From Camelus dromedarius (taxonomy: Eukaryota): a DNA stretch of 64,000 bases. Where the stretch lies: positions 77,934,001-77,998,000 of the forward strand of contig NC_087443.1 in NCBI RefSeq assembly GCF_036321535.1, written 5' to 3'. The notes under the pieces are model-generated. The model saw only the letters and a list, made by a program, of their open reading frames with translations, was not told the origin of the DNA and did no database searches. Of this stretch, positions 52,539 through 64,000 are shown piece by piece; position 1 is the first letter of the stretch, and every line of letters starts with the position of its first letter. The translations under genes were made by a program, and so were the position numbers.

Positions 52539-53124
52539 ATAAAGTTGATCATTATTAACCATGTCTCAGCTCTTCTATGTACTTATTTTTTGCTTACTTG
52601 CTTTGTCATGGGGAGAGGGTGGTAAGAACAAAGATCCTTTGGTTACCATTCTGTAAATTTATTTTTCTTTGTCTTTTCTGTTCTTTAGGAAATTGGATGC
52701 CATTAAAAACTCTTGCCATAGATTTCCATTACGTTTAGACTGTTATTCTGGATATGTCTGGTGTCAATGGTTTTATTCCTGCTTGCTTTTTAAATCTATC
52801 TCTTCTATAAATAAGGTGAGTTTTTAAAACTTTGATAGGTTATGTGTCACATTGTTAAAAAGAAATATGTATTAAGTCCCCTCCCCAACAGTGTGCTTGT
52901 GAGAAGGCATCTCCCCTCCTCACCCCACCATCCGACTGGCTCACGGGGGTCGCAGCCTGCATCTCCTGACTCACCAGCTCACCCTTCTTCCTGGATTCTT
53001 ATGTGCTGTTCCAAAATTTCCTTATGCATCTATACATGAGCAAGACTACAGATACGTTTATCCACACGAGAGTTCCCCCTCCCCCTTTTTGTAACATTCC
53101 CAGGAATGAATGAGACATTTCTTG

Positions 53125-56100
53125 ATATTTACCTGGATACCATTTATTGGCTATAATATCTGAAACAATGACTTTTCCTATGACAATAGCAGGTTGTGTT
53201 ACCTGTGGACTCCCAACAGGAGAAACGTGTACAAAAGTAACAGACTGTAACATAAGAAGGTATGAGAGGAAACCTTAGCAAACCAAAGCGTTATACATGG
53301 ACGAAGCACTATAAAATCAATGTACTGGTTTAGTAGCTATGACTTTGTACTGTGCTGGATAGGCTGCAGCCAAGTTTTAAAGAGTGATACTTTCTGTGCC
53401 ACACACTCCAACAGCGGACCCTCCTACGACCTCCCAGTCCGACCTGACGGAGGGGCAGGAGGGAAACGAGCTTTGCAACTAACACTGGTCCTGCCCTGCA
53501 CTCAGAGGAGTTTCTCTTTCTAGTTTGATGTATTTTTTTCTATCACTATCCTACTTAAGTACTTGCTTATAGGCCATGAATAGAGACATCATTTGTTGTC
53601 TTCGTAAAACTCAGACCATCACGTGATACTTACTCTTTTGTCTGGATTTAAAATGTGCTACGTTGAGGACTAAAAAGTTATCTTATGGAAGGAGAATCAC
53701 AGGGCGAACACAAGACACGTGTTCTGAAGATGATGTGGAAAATCAGGGTTGGTTACAGAGGATTGGAACCTGGAAGGGCCGAATCCCGCCGGGAATTCCT
53801 TTAGCTGTGTGTGAAATCTGGCCACCAGGACCCATTACTGAAGATTTTAACAATTTTGTATGTGGTGTTTCTTCTTGTTTTTCTCATATGAAGCAGGCTT
53901 TCAATGGCTGGACTACAAGCTGCCATGAATGTCTCAAAAGTAAAGAGGGGGTTTTCTTTATGAAAGGCCGGGGAAGTCCGTTCACGCGCAGGTAAACGGC
54001 TTCGGGAAGCCTCACTGCACAGAAATGCTCCTCAGCCTGGGGCGTGTGAACCTGGCTGAGCGTTTGTTACTGGTATCACTGCCCGGGTTTCCAAATAGGT
54101 TTAAAAGAAACCGCTGTCCGTAGGACTGGAGAGTGCGTCGAGAGACTTTTCGAATCATAGGTAACCTGATTTTCTGTGGCCACCCCCTTCTAATTAGAAT
54201 AATTAGAATTATTAATTATTAGTTAATAATTAGACTAAGTCTTTAGATGGGAAGTGCTTGCAGAAGGGATTTTTCTGGACTCCAGGCTGGTGGGGGAGTG
54301 GGTGGGGTCGCTGGGCGCTGCAGCTCTGGAGAAGGGCTTTGGGCGTCCCGGGGGTGGGCATGGGGAGGGGGGCAGCCGCACCTGCAGCCGTCACCACTCG
54401 GGCTGAACCGACGGCAGCACTGGGTGATGAGGAGACGCCGGAGAGGCACAGGGGTGCTGTGGCCCAGGCTGCCTGGGTCCAGATGTGTTTTCGGCCTCAT
54501 TGTGAGCCGTGGGGAGTCGCGGTGCAGCCTCGGGCTGGCCCTGTGCAAGTGGGGGGGAGAAAAGACGCCCCTGCCACGTGCCCCACCGGCCGGCTCCAGC
54601 CCCGGGGTCACGCCTGGGGGGTCAGTCCCGGCCCTGGGAGACTCCTGGGTGGAATGTTTCTCCCGGTTACTCGTGTGGGGCTGGGGTCATTTTGACAGCC
54701 TTGAGGACGGGGCCCCAGGCCGAGCCTGCCCCAGGCTTCCCGCTCCCCAAACACCCAGGGGCGCCCTCAGGAGCGAAAGTGGTAAGTGATGTAAGCTTCC
54801 CGGACGAGGAAAGCCGGCGAAGGGGGCAGGCGGCTCCCGGGTGCCCGGCCCTCCTGGTTGGTTTTCGGGGTCTCAGTGGCTCAGATGCTTAGTAAACAGC
54901 AGTGGCGAGATGGCGGGGAGACGCTCGAGCTGGCCCGGCACAGGCTCTTTTTTAGCACCACCGCGGATGACAGGCTCCTGAGAACAGTCTGACACAGAGC
55001 AGAGTTTTTCCTGTTTTTCTTTGCGGGGCTACCCTGATGTGTTGCATTGATTTGCCAGAGAACAATGGCCTCTGGTTTCAGCCTGAGAATTCCTAATAAA
55101 GTTAAGAAGGCATAAAGATGTCCCCTTTGAGACTAGTCAGGGGTATTTATTCTCATGTAGTTTAATTCGTTGCTGTTGTGGTTTCTGTGATGTCATCCCA
55201 CATGTGTAGGCTGGAAAAACTCACACTGGGACGCGGAGTCTCCGAGTGCACATTCTGACAATGGAAAATGTTATGCATTGTTCCTCTTGGTTGCTACCCA
55301 TCCGATCCCACGTGTCGGGAAAACAAACTGACACAAAACTTCGGGAGATAAACTTCTCAATAAAGTGGGGTCATGTAACCTACAACTCCCATAAGACAGA
55401 GGCACAAAAGGGGTACTACCCTCAGAGCCCACTCTAAGCGAGGGAGGCCTTTCTAACCTCACCTCAACTCTGTTATTCAGCCTATACAATTTTTAAAAAT
55501 GAAAAATAGACTGCCGTTGAAATACAACTATTGAGTTTTGTTTCCATCATCTCTGAGGATATAAAAAGGGGGAGGACTACTCCCCTCCCCCAACAACATG
55601 GCTATTGGTTCCTTTCCTAAGTTATCTTACAGTGAAAGTTACGGCTAAATACGCTTCACTTGCTAAGTACTGCACTTGGAAGTACTGCCCCTTTAATAAT
55701 ATTATCTGGGTATTGCAAGGAGATATTAGTTTGAAATATGTTCTTGTCCAGAAATAAATTGCATGGCTCTATAAAAGCAATTAGCACTCTAGAGAGAAGA
55801 ATGCGTCATCCGCCGTGGCCCCTCAGTGGCCGGTTGATGACATAGTGTAAGATCACAGTGTTAACCTCCTTTAATATCAAACTATTCCTGGTTCTCTGAA
55901 ATGGAAACACAGGAATTGTAGTTAAGGACAGACAAAAAAAAAAAAAAAGTTCACATCCTCTTACTTGCACTGGGAGAAGGGACTAAAACGCCAGATCAAA
56001 GGGCTTGGGTATCCACAAAGGTAACACCCACATGATGCACCATAAAAATTCTGTAAACTTTTCAAGCTGTTTTGGCCTTAATACCATTACCAAAATTATC

Positions 56101-58028
56101 CCAGTTACAGTAACTCTGTACATGCTCATTAGCAGTAACATTTCCTAACATGGCTTTGTCGTTTTAAGAGATTGATCACTGTGTAATGAATAGCTGCGTG
56201 CTGTAAGAGCTGGAATGTTTCAGAGCTGGGTCCCCTTTCCTGTGTGTTTGTGACATGGCTTTATTTAGTTTCTCCACGGTCATGAACACTGTGTTACCTA
56301 GAGACGGAACACGGGGAAAGTCAGATGCACTCCTGCTTTCTGGAAGGCAAACCAAGGTTCTCGGTACGTTTTGTTTTTCTGCTTCAAGGCATAGAAAAGC
56401 CATTGAAATGACCCCAGATGAAGGCTCTATCATAAAACAGAGTGAATTATGGAACTGCTGTCAGTTGCCTTCTAATGTGAAAACTAGTCATGTCTGGCCC
56501 CACTAGAAGACAGAGGCATAAAGGCATTTTACCTTGTCTGAGTAGTTTTGTAAATTTCACACCATTAGGTCCAGGCATCGCCATGATCTCCTTGTGAAAA
56601 TGGCTCCCCAGTCAGGCATTTGAAGAGGGAAAGCTGAAGGGGCTGCATTTCATGAATATGTAGGATGAGGAATTGGATTTCCTCATCACAATCTATGATA
56701 TTCGAATAACAGGTAGGCTGTCAGTACTTAAAAATTAGATTCAAACTTTCTGCTAAAAACATCTTTTAAAGGTTCCTGCAGCCCAGCTGGGAAAATAGGA
56801 TGGCCCAAAGAGAACTCACTAGTAACTTAATGGTTCTTCATCCCACCTGTGCTGGCAAGGAGAGTAGGCATAACCTACCCCAAGGAACACAGCATTGCTT
56901 TTGGTTGTAGTTTCTGCAAGCATAGGGATTCTGCCGAATTTTGAATAGGCTGAGCCTTGCAATAGAAGGAGATTTTTATCTATGGATTTGATTCACTAGA
57001 TCTGGTTACTAGTTCACATCTGAAAGTAGTTATGGTCCCGTGGAAAGCCTCATCTGTCTGTCTGAACACAGAATCATTGTATTAGAGTCAAGAAGACAAG
57101 GTGGTAATTTGTTTAGCTCCAAACAGTCCAGGGAGATGGTGTCTGCAGCGCCTGGGCAGTAGCTTTCCCGTAGAAACAGCCCCTTTCCCGACTGAAATGA
57201 GGTGCTGATGCCAGCGCTCTGCAGAGGGCAGCCAGGAAAAGGCGTTCTTGGTGTTTCTGTAGAGCAGACTTTGCTGCCTGCTCTCCCAAAGTGCTCTCGG
57301 CTGGTGAGCTCAAGGTCAAGTTTCTGCCTGGCCTCATATTTGGTCTCTATCTATGCTGGTGTGGCCACACCTCAAAATTCCTTTCTGCAACCCAGGTTCT
57401 CTCCAAAGCTTCCTGGCCAGAAGCCTCCTTCCCGGCTCTCCTGGAGCTTCAAGGGGTAGGCATGGTGGGCCAGCCCGTCTGCTGTGACAGGGCCCAGGTT
57501 ATCCCTGAAAGCCAGGCACAGCTGGGACCAGGAGCCAGGCTCTGACCTGGGATCAGGGGTTCCAGGAAATCACTCAAGGTTCTACCTGGGGTCTCTTGAG
57601 CTGTGTCGGGCACCGTCACCACAGCCATGGGTTGCTGGGGATCTGGTCTCCAGTAAAGCCTCCATCAAAAAGTAAACATCCTGTCCGGAATCCCATAAAG
57701 CACGATATTTCAAGTTCACTAAACTATTAAAAGCACAACAAGCCTTCCTTCCATGGAAAACTCAGTGATGGTAAAAACGCCCCGTCCAGCGCACCGCGCT
57801 GCAGCGAGCATTCTGCATAAATTAATAATTTACAGTACCTGAGGAAGTACAGAGCACCTTAGCACAGCACAGCACCGACGGCAGTAGCTCAGAGTTCTTC
57901 AGATCGTGGTGTTTGAAACATTAAAAAACATTCTAAAAGTTGGTACAAAAAAGAACTCCAACTGGAGCTGAAGGGTAGTGCAAACTTCTGTCTTCACTGT
58001 TGAGAAAAGGTGTCAGCTTGCTTCTCAC
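53125..58028 (-). other. ADAM12: ADAM12 long 3'UTR (~4.9 kb)
   Basis: repeat-poor stretch between the ADAM12 stop and a minus-strand AATAAA; ADAM12-L is known to have a multi-kb 3'UTR; 3' end approximate. Confidence 0.7.
53143..53148 (-). terminator. ADAM12: ADAM12 poly(A) signal AATAAA
   Basis: tttatt on + = AATAAA on -, at the edge of the repeat-poor UTR-like sequence. Confidence 0.65.
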
Positions 58029-58086
58029 TCAGCATAGGCGATGTGGGGGCGGTCTGGGCACTTGAGGCGGCTGCTTGGGAGCCGGT
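58029..58086 (-). CDS. ADAM12: ADAM12 last exon, coding part (as assembled: RPAPKQPPQVPRPPPHRLC*)
   Basis: acceptor gcag|ACCG, phase 2 from the previous exon; homologous to human RPAPQYPHQVPRSTHTAYIK; removing 1 nt gives RPPHIAYAE* with stop at 58025-58027. Confidence 0.9.
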
Positions 58087-60227
58087 CTGCCTCGAGAGGG
58101 GAGAAGAAAAAGCCGCAGTGAGAGGCCCTGAGAGCCACTTCTGCAGATACAGACGCCCGGGTGGGCGATGACTTTCCCTGCACTAGGATGTGTTTCCAGG
58201 ATCAGACCCCACCCCCACGCTGGGGGCTGGACACTGTTCTTGCTTTTGGCAGGGGTTGCAGATCACGAAAGGGACCTCGCTGGGGGGCTGCCGGGTCTTC
58301 AGTGGTTTATGACCCTCCCATCCATCTGCAAGGTGACTCCAGGGGAGGGCCACTCAGCAGAAAAGCGGTGCAAGCCGCAACAGTGAGCCTCCTCTGTAAC
58401 TTTAAATTTCCCAGTAGGCTCACGAAGAGTAAAAAGAGATAAAGCTAACTTCAGTCAGAGATTTCACTTAACCCAGTATGTCCAGAGTAGTAGAATTTCA
58501 ATATGTAATCAACATAGAAAATTATTAATGGGGTGACTGACATTTCGGGGGGACTGACTCTTCAACATCCAGTGTGTATTCTCACTGCCAGCAATCTCTT
58601 TTTTTTTTTTTTTTTTTACCAGCCGCGATGTGCCCAGCGGTATTACTGTGGTTCCAGAGGACAGAGCAAAGCTGGGCCTGTGAGGCCCCTCAAAGAGGAG
58701 CATACAGGGCATCCTCTTTCCAGGACGAGACCCAAACCAGCTGCACTGGTGTCAGCATCTGGCAGTGGTGAGACAGGCCACTGCCTGAGGTCATTTAAAA
58801 AGAGGGTCTGCCCGCTTCCCGTCCATGTAAAGCGGTGCTTTCCCTTTGTAACAAGAGAAGGGACTTCAAGATCAGCCTACAAACCACAGTGAAATAACCA
58901 GGCTGCCCGGCAGCTTTCCTCTCTTTGTGGAGCCGGGAGTAAAACCATCGTCCTGACCCCTTGACCGGCTTTATCTCTGAGATGTATTAGGCAGCTGTCT
59001 CTTTCGCAGGCCAAACATTTTTCCCAAGAGCTGTAATGAAATCACTAATGTGGGCCTTCCCGCTCCTAGGTACTGAGTTATTGAACGCAGGGCCTGGCCG
59101 ACACCCTACCTTTGGTTCTTTTGAGCTCACAAAGCAAGCTGCCTGCCAAGGGGGGGCACGTGTGTCAGAAGCGTGTTTCAGCTGAGGATTTCACCCGTCT
59201 GTGTGCTGGTGAAGGTTTAACTGCCCCCCGCGGTGGGAGGCGTCGTCCTGATCCGTAGTGCTGCGGGCTTCCCTGCACGAGCACTCTGCTACCCGTGCCA
59301 CGTGACTGAGCACGGACGAGACGTTCGCGAGCCACCGGGGCACGGTACGTCCATCACACGGAAATGACAGACGTGGGTAACCTCAAGCACGTGGATTACA
59401 AATAAGATAACGAAAAAGAAAGTGGAAGTGAGGAGTTTGGGGCATTTGTTACTTTTGTTTTTAATCTAAGAGCTATCGTTCCAAGTTTATATAATCATAT
59501 TCTTCAGAACGGCTAGGCTTAACACCTACCTTGCAAAATTCCCGGAAATGTCATAGCCCTTGCAAACCGGTGTGACTGGCTCCAGCCCACCGCTGGGGTC
59601 ACCTCCTGGCACAAGCCAGGATCCAGGGCTGTGCCTGCCTAGTCCCCTGGGGGAGGGCATCAGAGGACCACAGCTGCAGCCGAGTCATCAGAGAGACTCC
59701 TGCACGTTGGGTGGGGAAGCTCCCAGTCCCCTGGGCCCCCTCCTGCCCAGCAGCTGCCTGGGCCTGACTTCTTTCATGCCTTGTTTCACCCATGACCCTC
59801 CAGCCCCACCTCGTCTCCTTAGGCTATTAAGGCCTAAGTGAGATTTTTGGAGGCGGGTATCCAGCTGTCATCACATCCCCCCTTTTGGTGCCTTTACTTC
59901 TGTGCCTCTTTGAGGGATGCGGCTCGGCCCGTATCATCAGCCGCAGCTTTCCCAGGGATCTGTCCTACTCGATCTCGATTTGACCTCACAGGTGCCGTGG
60001 GATCATTGCTAAAGCCACCTGGGGTGCCTGTGCTTGTAAGCTCACGGCTGCCTCCTGCTTATTTTCAGATCTACCCTTGCATCTGTCCTATATTGTTCGC
60101 AGGTGCAGGGAGTGCATAACCCCCCGCCCCCGCCCCACGGCCTCAGGTGCCTTGGGAAGCAGGGCTGGGTGCAGCCGCCCCACATGGTCTGGAGGGGGAG
60201 GAGGGGGCGTGGCCACACCGCACCCAC

Positions 60228-60358
60228 CTGATGGGCGCCAGGCGGAGCCCGGACTCCCGCTGGCCCAGGGGCCGGGCAGAGGCACCACTCAGCCGGGTTG
60301 TCTTGCTCAAAGGGTCTGCAGGCAGAGGCTTCTGGGGAGGGTTTGGCTTACGAGTTCC
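60228..60358 (-). CDS. ADAM12: ADAM12 (long isoform) penultimate exon, proline-rich cytoplasmic tail
   Basis: minus strand cag|GGAACT...CATCAG|gtgggt; 131 nt; GTRKPNPPQKPLPADPLSKTTRLSGASARPLGQRESGLRLAPIR, matching the human ADAM12-L tail as recalled; FANK1-ADAM12 adjacency is known synteny. Confidence 0.95.
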
Positions 60359-61109
60359 CTGTAATAAACCAGAAGAGTGTGTGTGGTCACCATCCCTGCG
60401 AACTTGGACAAGACATTGACCCCAGAAGCCATCAGGGTGCCCTGAAGGGCAGGCTGTGGAGAGCAGCTAGGTCGCTGCACGGCACAGGCTTGACTTCCTG
60501 TGAATGGAGTGAAACCCTCTGACCGTGCGGGTGTGGTGGGGTGCGTGTGCGTGTGAGGGGGCCTCTGTTAGAGATTGATCCAGAGCGGCATTTGGTTACA
60601 AGCAGCCAAATGTGGGTGTTCAGATGCTACACTGTTCACAGGCCTCGGGAGTATGGTTGAGGCTGGTGTCTCTGAGCCAGTGGACCCAGGGGACGTCCAC
60701 TTTCCTGTGCTTTTAGGCTTCCTCTCAATTTCGAAAGGCCTAAAATGGTAAGTTGGTGAAAATCTTTTCAAACACATTCATTTCTTGAAGTTTGCCAGAG
60801 TCCTGTAAGAGAACCCGCTCGGCTGTGGACCGGATGGCGAAGGTGATCACCGCCCTCCGTCAGCGTGGGGCCGGGAAGGTCGATCCAGATGGCTCCACGA
60901 CGTGGACCTCGGTTCTTCTGTCCAAATGCTTTCTAATAATTAATTCAAAGAATCATAAACTCACCAGAAAAGTGACACCCAGAAGGAAAACCGAAGACAC
61001 AGTGGTTTGAGGGATGGATACGATTCTGTAAGGAAGTGAATGGGGAGGTGCCCTGCCGACCAGAGGCCAGTAAGGGAGCTGGCAATAGAAGGGGGCAGAG
61101 CGTGGGCCT

Positions 61110-61240
61110 GTGTGTTCCACTCTGGCTTTTATGCAAAGACCAATACTCTGGGACTTGTGCCATTCACTTGACCTCCCTCCACCTCAATTTCTCCATCTAT
61201 AAAATGGGAGAACACCAGACCTATTTCATAGTGTTTTAAA
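61110..61240 (+). mobile_element. MIR remnant
   Basis: cctcaatttctccatctataaaatggga core. Confidence 0.65.
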
Positions 61241-63759
61241 TAATGCACAGGGAGCCCCCAAAGTATAGATAACAATTATTCAAAGTCCCTTGTTTCCCCG
61301 GGGCCCCTTTCTTGGCCACCGGGAGAGGGGGTTCTCTGGGGCTGGGCTGGGGAGTCAGCACTGACAGCGCTCTTTGGGGTCGGGGGTGAAGACAGGCACC
61401 AAGACACCACCTGTTCTGGTCCTTGGAGCCAAGAGGCCCTCACAAATGTACAGAGAGTCTGTAGGAAATGGTGCTGGAATCTCAAGGACATCCTAACAAA
61501 CGTGACCTAACCCATTTTCATGGGACTCAGTATTCCACACAGCCAGGAACACTCAAGATGATTTAAAAACGTCTGAGTTGAATTTCTCACGGTCCTCATC
61601 CCACTAAAATTGCATCTCCTCAGTCCCTGGCGCTCAGTGCAAAGAACGCGACAACATACTCACCACTTAGGGTATCTCTGAAAAGCCAGGGAAGCTAACG
61701 CAGAAGTCTGTCAGCCACAGCTGCGCAGAAAATGCGCCAAGTTGAAACAACGGGCTGGTTGGGATAGGAAAGAGCGCCTGACGGAGGGACAGACTGAAAA
61801 GTGACACTGTTCCATCAGTTCTCCTCAAAGGAAACATTAGCTGGCCGTGGAGTAGAAAACAGAACACAGCCCTAACCAGGAACAGAGGCCACACCGCGCG
61901 CACCAGCACGGAGCCAGGCTGCTTGTCTGCCCGCCGGCTTCTGCGCTTACCAAGTCGCGGGCGCACAGGTTGCAGAGACGGGATGACGTGAGGATTAAGG
62001 GAGAGATCCTCTGTAAATCTGTTAGTGCACAGGGCCTGGCACTCAGCTGGCCAGTGAGGTCGCTGTGACCGCCTCACAACCACTGTGAATTTCCCAGGTC
62101 CAGACAAACTTTGGATGATAAACTCTCGCAATAGTTCAAGCTCCATTTGAAGCAAGTTCCATATGAGCAAGATATTAGTGGGTCATGTAAGCATGAATGC
62201 ACCCACGAAATTCAGACTTTGAGGATTAAATACTTCATTCCCTAATGATACTAGTTTTGCCACTAAGTATCTAGTCTTGGCAGCAAAGATAACCTCAGGT
62301 TTTTACTGCAACGTCCGGAGACAAAGTGAGATACGTGTTAGTGTATCACAATAGAGCTGAATTTATCATGGAAACTTAGGAGACAATTAGGTTGGCCGTT
62401 CATTCTGGTTTGCCTGTGACAGTCCCAGTGTCTGCCCTTGTTTAATTATTAATCGCAGTCTCTCTCATGTGTCCTGGTGTAGAGGGCAAGTTATATGGTC
62501 ACCATAGTGAGAAAAGCCCAAACAGCTGGGATGTTGGTGGAAAGTTCTGATTCAAACCTGGGGCAGCAGAGGCACCAATCCGCTTTCTTCCTGCCATGCC
62601 CAGGACGTGATTTTGATGGAAACATGAAACAGGTATTTGCCTCGGTAAGATGCCAGCTTCCCACCAGGCCCAGCTGGGACAGACCAGCACCAAGTCTGAG
62701 TTAGTCCAAAGATGATGTGTCCTCCCCTCTCAGAGAGCAGGCGTGGCGACGCGGAGCCCAGGAGCCACTTGGGAAGAAGCGCCAGCTGCACGCGCTCTGA
62801 CCTTGGAGAAGCGGGTGGGAGCTCCGCCCTCCCTTTGAGGCACCAAGCTTCATGCTGCCCGGGCAAAACCTGAACCCGGGCTTCCCCCAAAGAAGTCCAA
62901 TCCAGCCCGGCCGCAGGGAGGCATCGGAGCGGAGCCGAGGGACGGCGCACACTCACACACTCCTTTTGCTTGACTTTAATTTTAAACAAGGAGATGAGTT
63001 CAGGACACCTCCCCCCACCCCCATTTCTCTTCCTTTTCAACCTCTACGTATTGGAGAAAAATGGAGATCTGATACTAAAGAGAGCTGTCCTATTTCTCCC
63101 TATTCTGCTTATGTTCTCACAATAGATACATATTTCAAATTTTTTAGAGGGTTAAAGACAAATATTTAAATCCAAATATAGCCCTTGGCCTTGACCATCA
63201 TAAATTCTCAATTGTTATCTACTTCTGCATGATAAGCAAGAGTAAATGCATCCTGCTTATCCGGAGAGATCTCCCCAGGAAGACTGGATGTTATCACAGG
63301 AAGATGCCGGGGGTGCGCAGCCGTCCCTGGGTTGCTCGCGCAGGGCCGGGGCAGCACAAATGCCGCTCACTGTCTGGCCCATCCCGGCCCTGTGGGAATA
63401 GACCCTTTATGATAACACCAAGGTCAGCTGGTTCTCAGGAAGATGCCTCCATTTCTTCTTCTTCTCTAATCAGAAGCAGCAGGGGTCTTTTAAAGAACAC
63501 GTATACACCAGCTTTCTCCTGGGAAGGGGAAGTTGGGGGTGGACTTGGCAGGGTCTAGATGAAAGCAGGGGAGGCCAACCCACCCATCATCCCTCAGAGC
63601 CCTCTGTCCCACGGTCCCTCATGAGGTGGGCAATTTGGAGCTGGCCCTGAGCGCTGACCTGACCTTTCCCCCAGTGTCCTGCAACTGGTCCTTCTTTCCG
63701 GGAAGGACTCCTTCCCTTTGAAGAGGAGTTTAGACACACTAAACAGAACTACTGAAAGG

Positions 63760-63880
63760 AAGCCAGCACAGACATACTGCATAGCACAAGGACCCACATT
63801 CAATATCCTGTAATAACCTATAATGGAAAAGCAGCTGAGAAAGAAAAAAAACATATGTATACATATACATACACATACAT

Positions 63881-63918
<38 letters not shown>

Positions 63919-63955
63919 ATACACCTGAAACTAACAATGTTGTAAGCCTGTACTG
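63760..63955 (+). mobile_element. L1 3' end with internal (TACA)/(CA)n tract
   Basis: gcatagcacaaggacccacattcaatatcctgtaataacctataatggaaaa...cctgaaactaacaatgttgtaa; (CA)n at ~63887-63914. Confidence 0.8.
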
Positions 63956-64000
63956 AACACAGTCAGGGCTGTGAGGGTCCAGCTTGACGGAAATGGGGAA

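Noticed and set aside
54247-54789. 180-aa ORF antisense to the ADAM12 3'UTR
   Set aside because: GC-rich stretch with ORFs in several frames, no domain; likely chance.
62552-63040. ORF containing CVSVRRPSAP as a possible further ADAM12 exon
   Set aside because: Only superficial resemblance to CVRPSRPP, the rest does not match and no consistent splice sites; earlier ADAM12 exons are probably beyond the window.

Overview
Mammalian genomic DNA, very likely a camelid (camel/alpaca/llama), judged from tRNA-Ala-derived SINEs of the Vic-1 type and the 3' ends of young L1s. It holds two convergent genes. On +, FANK1 exons 2-11 (26168-50171) have canonical GT-AG junctions and continuous phase, and total 1025 coding nt. 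Exon 1 lies upstream of the window, so 1-26167 is intron 1. On -, the last two coding exons of ADAM12 (long, membrane form; 60358-60228 and 58086-58029) are followed by a ~4.9 kb 3'UTR ending near 53125. The rest is intronic or intergenic sequence with L1, L2, MIR, MLT1, ERV LTR, Tigger1, MER20 and SINE remnants, microsatellites and six N-runs. The main observations are: (i) an apparent +1 frameshift in the ADAM12 last exon that removes the conserved C-terminal Tyr; (ii) a CpG-retaining, apparently bidirectional element at 21.7-23.5 kb with strong splice donors on both strands (candidate internal FANK1 promoter, in-frame alternative first exon and antisense RNA); (iii) loss of a conserved ankyrin Gly in FANK1; (iv) a variant poly(A) signal for FANK1. 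No CRISPR array, rRNA or true tRNA was found, and no strong evidence for a wholly new system. Comparisons with human are from memory and were not run. Boundaries of old repeats are approximate.
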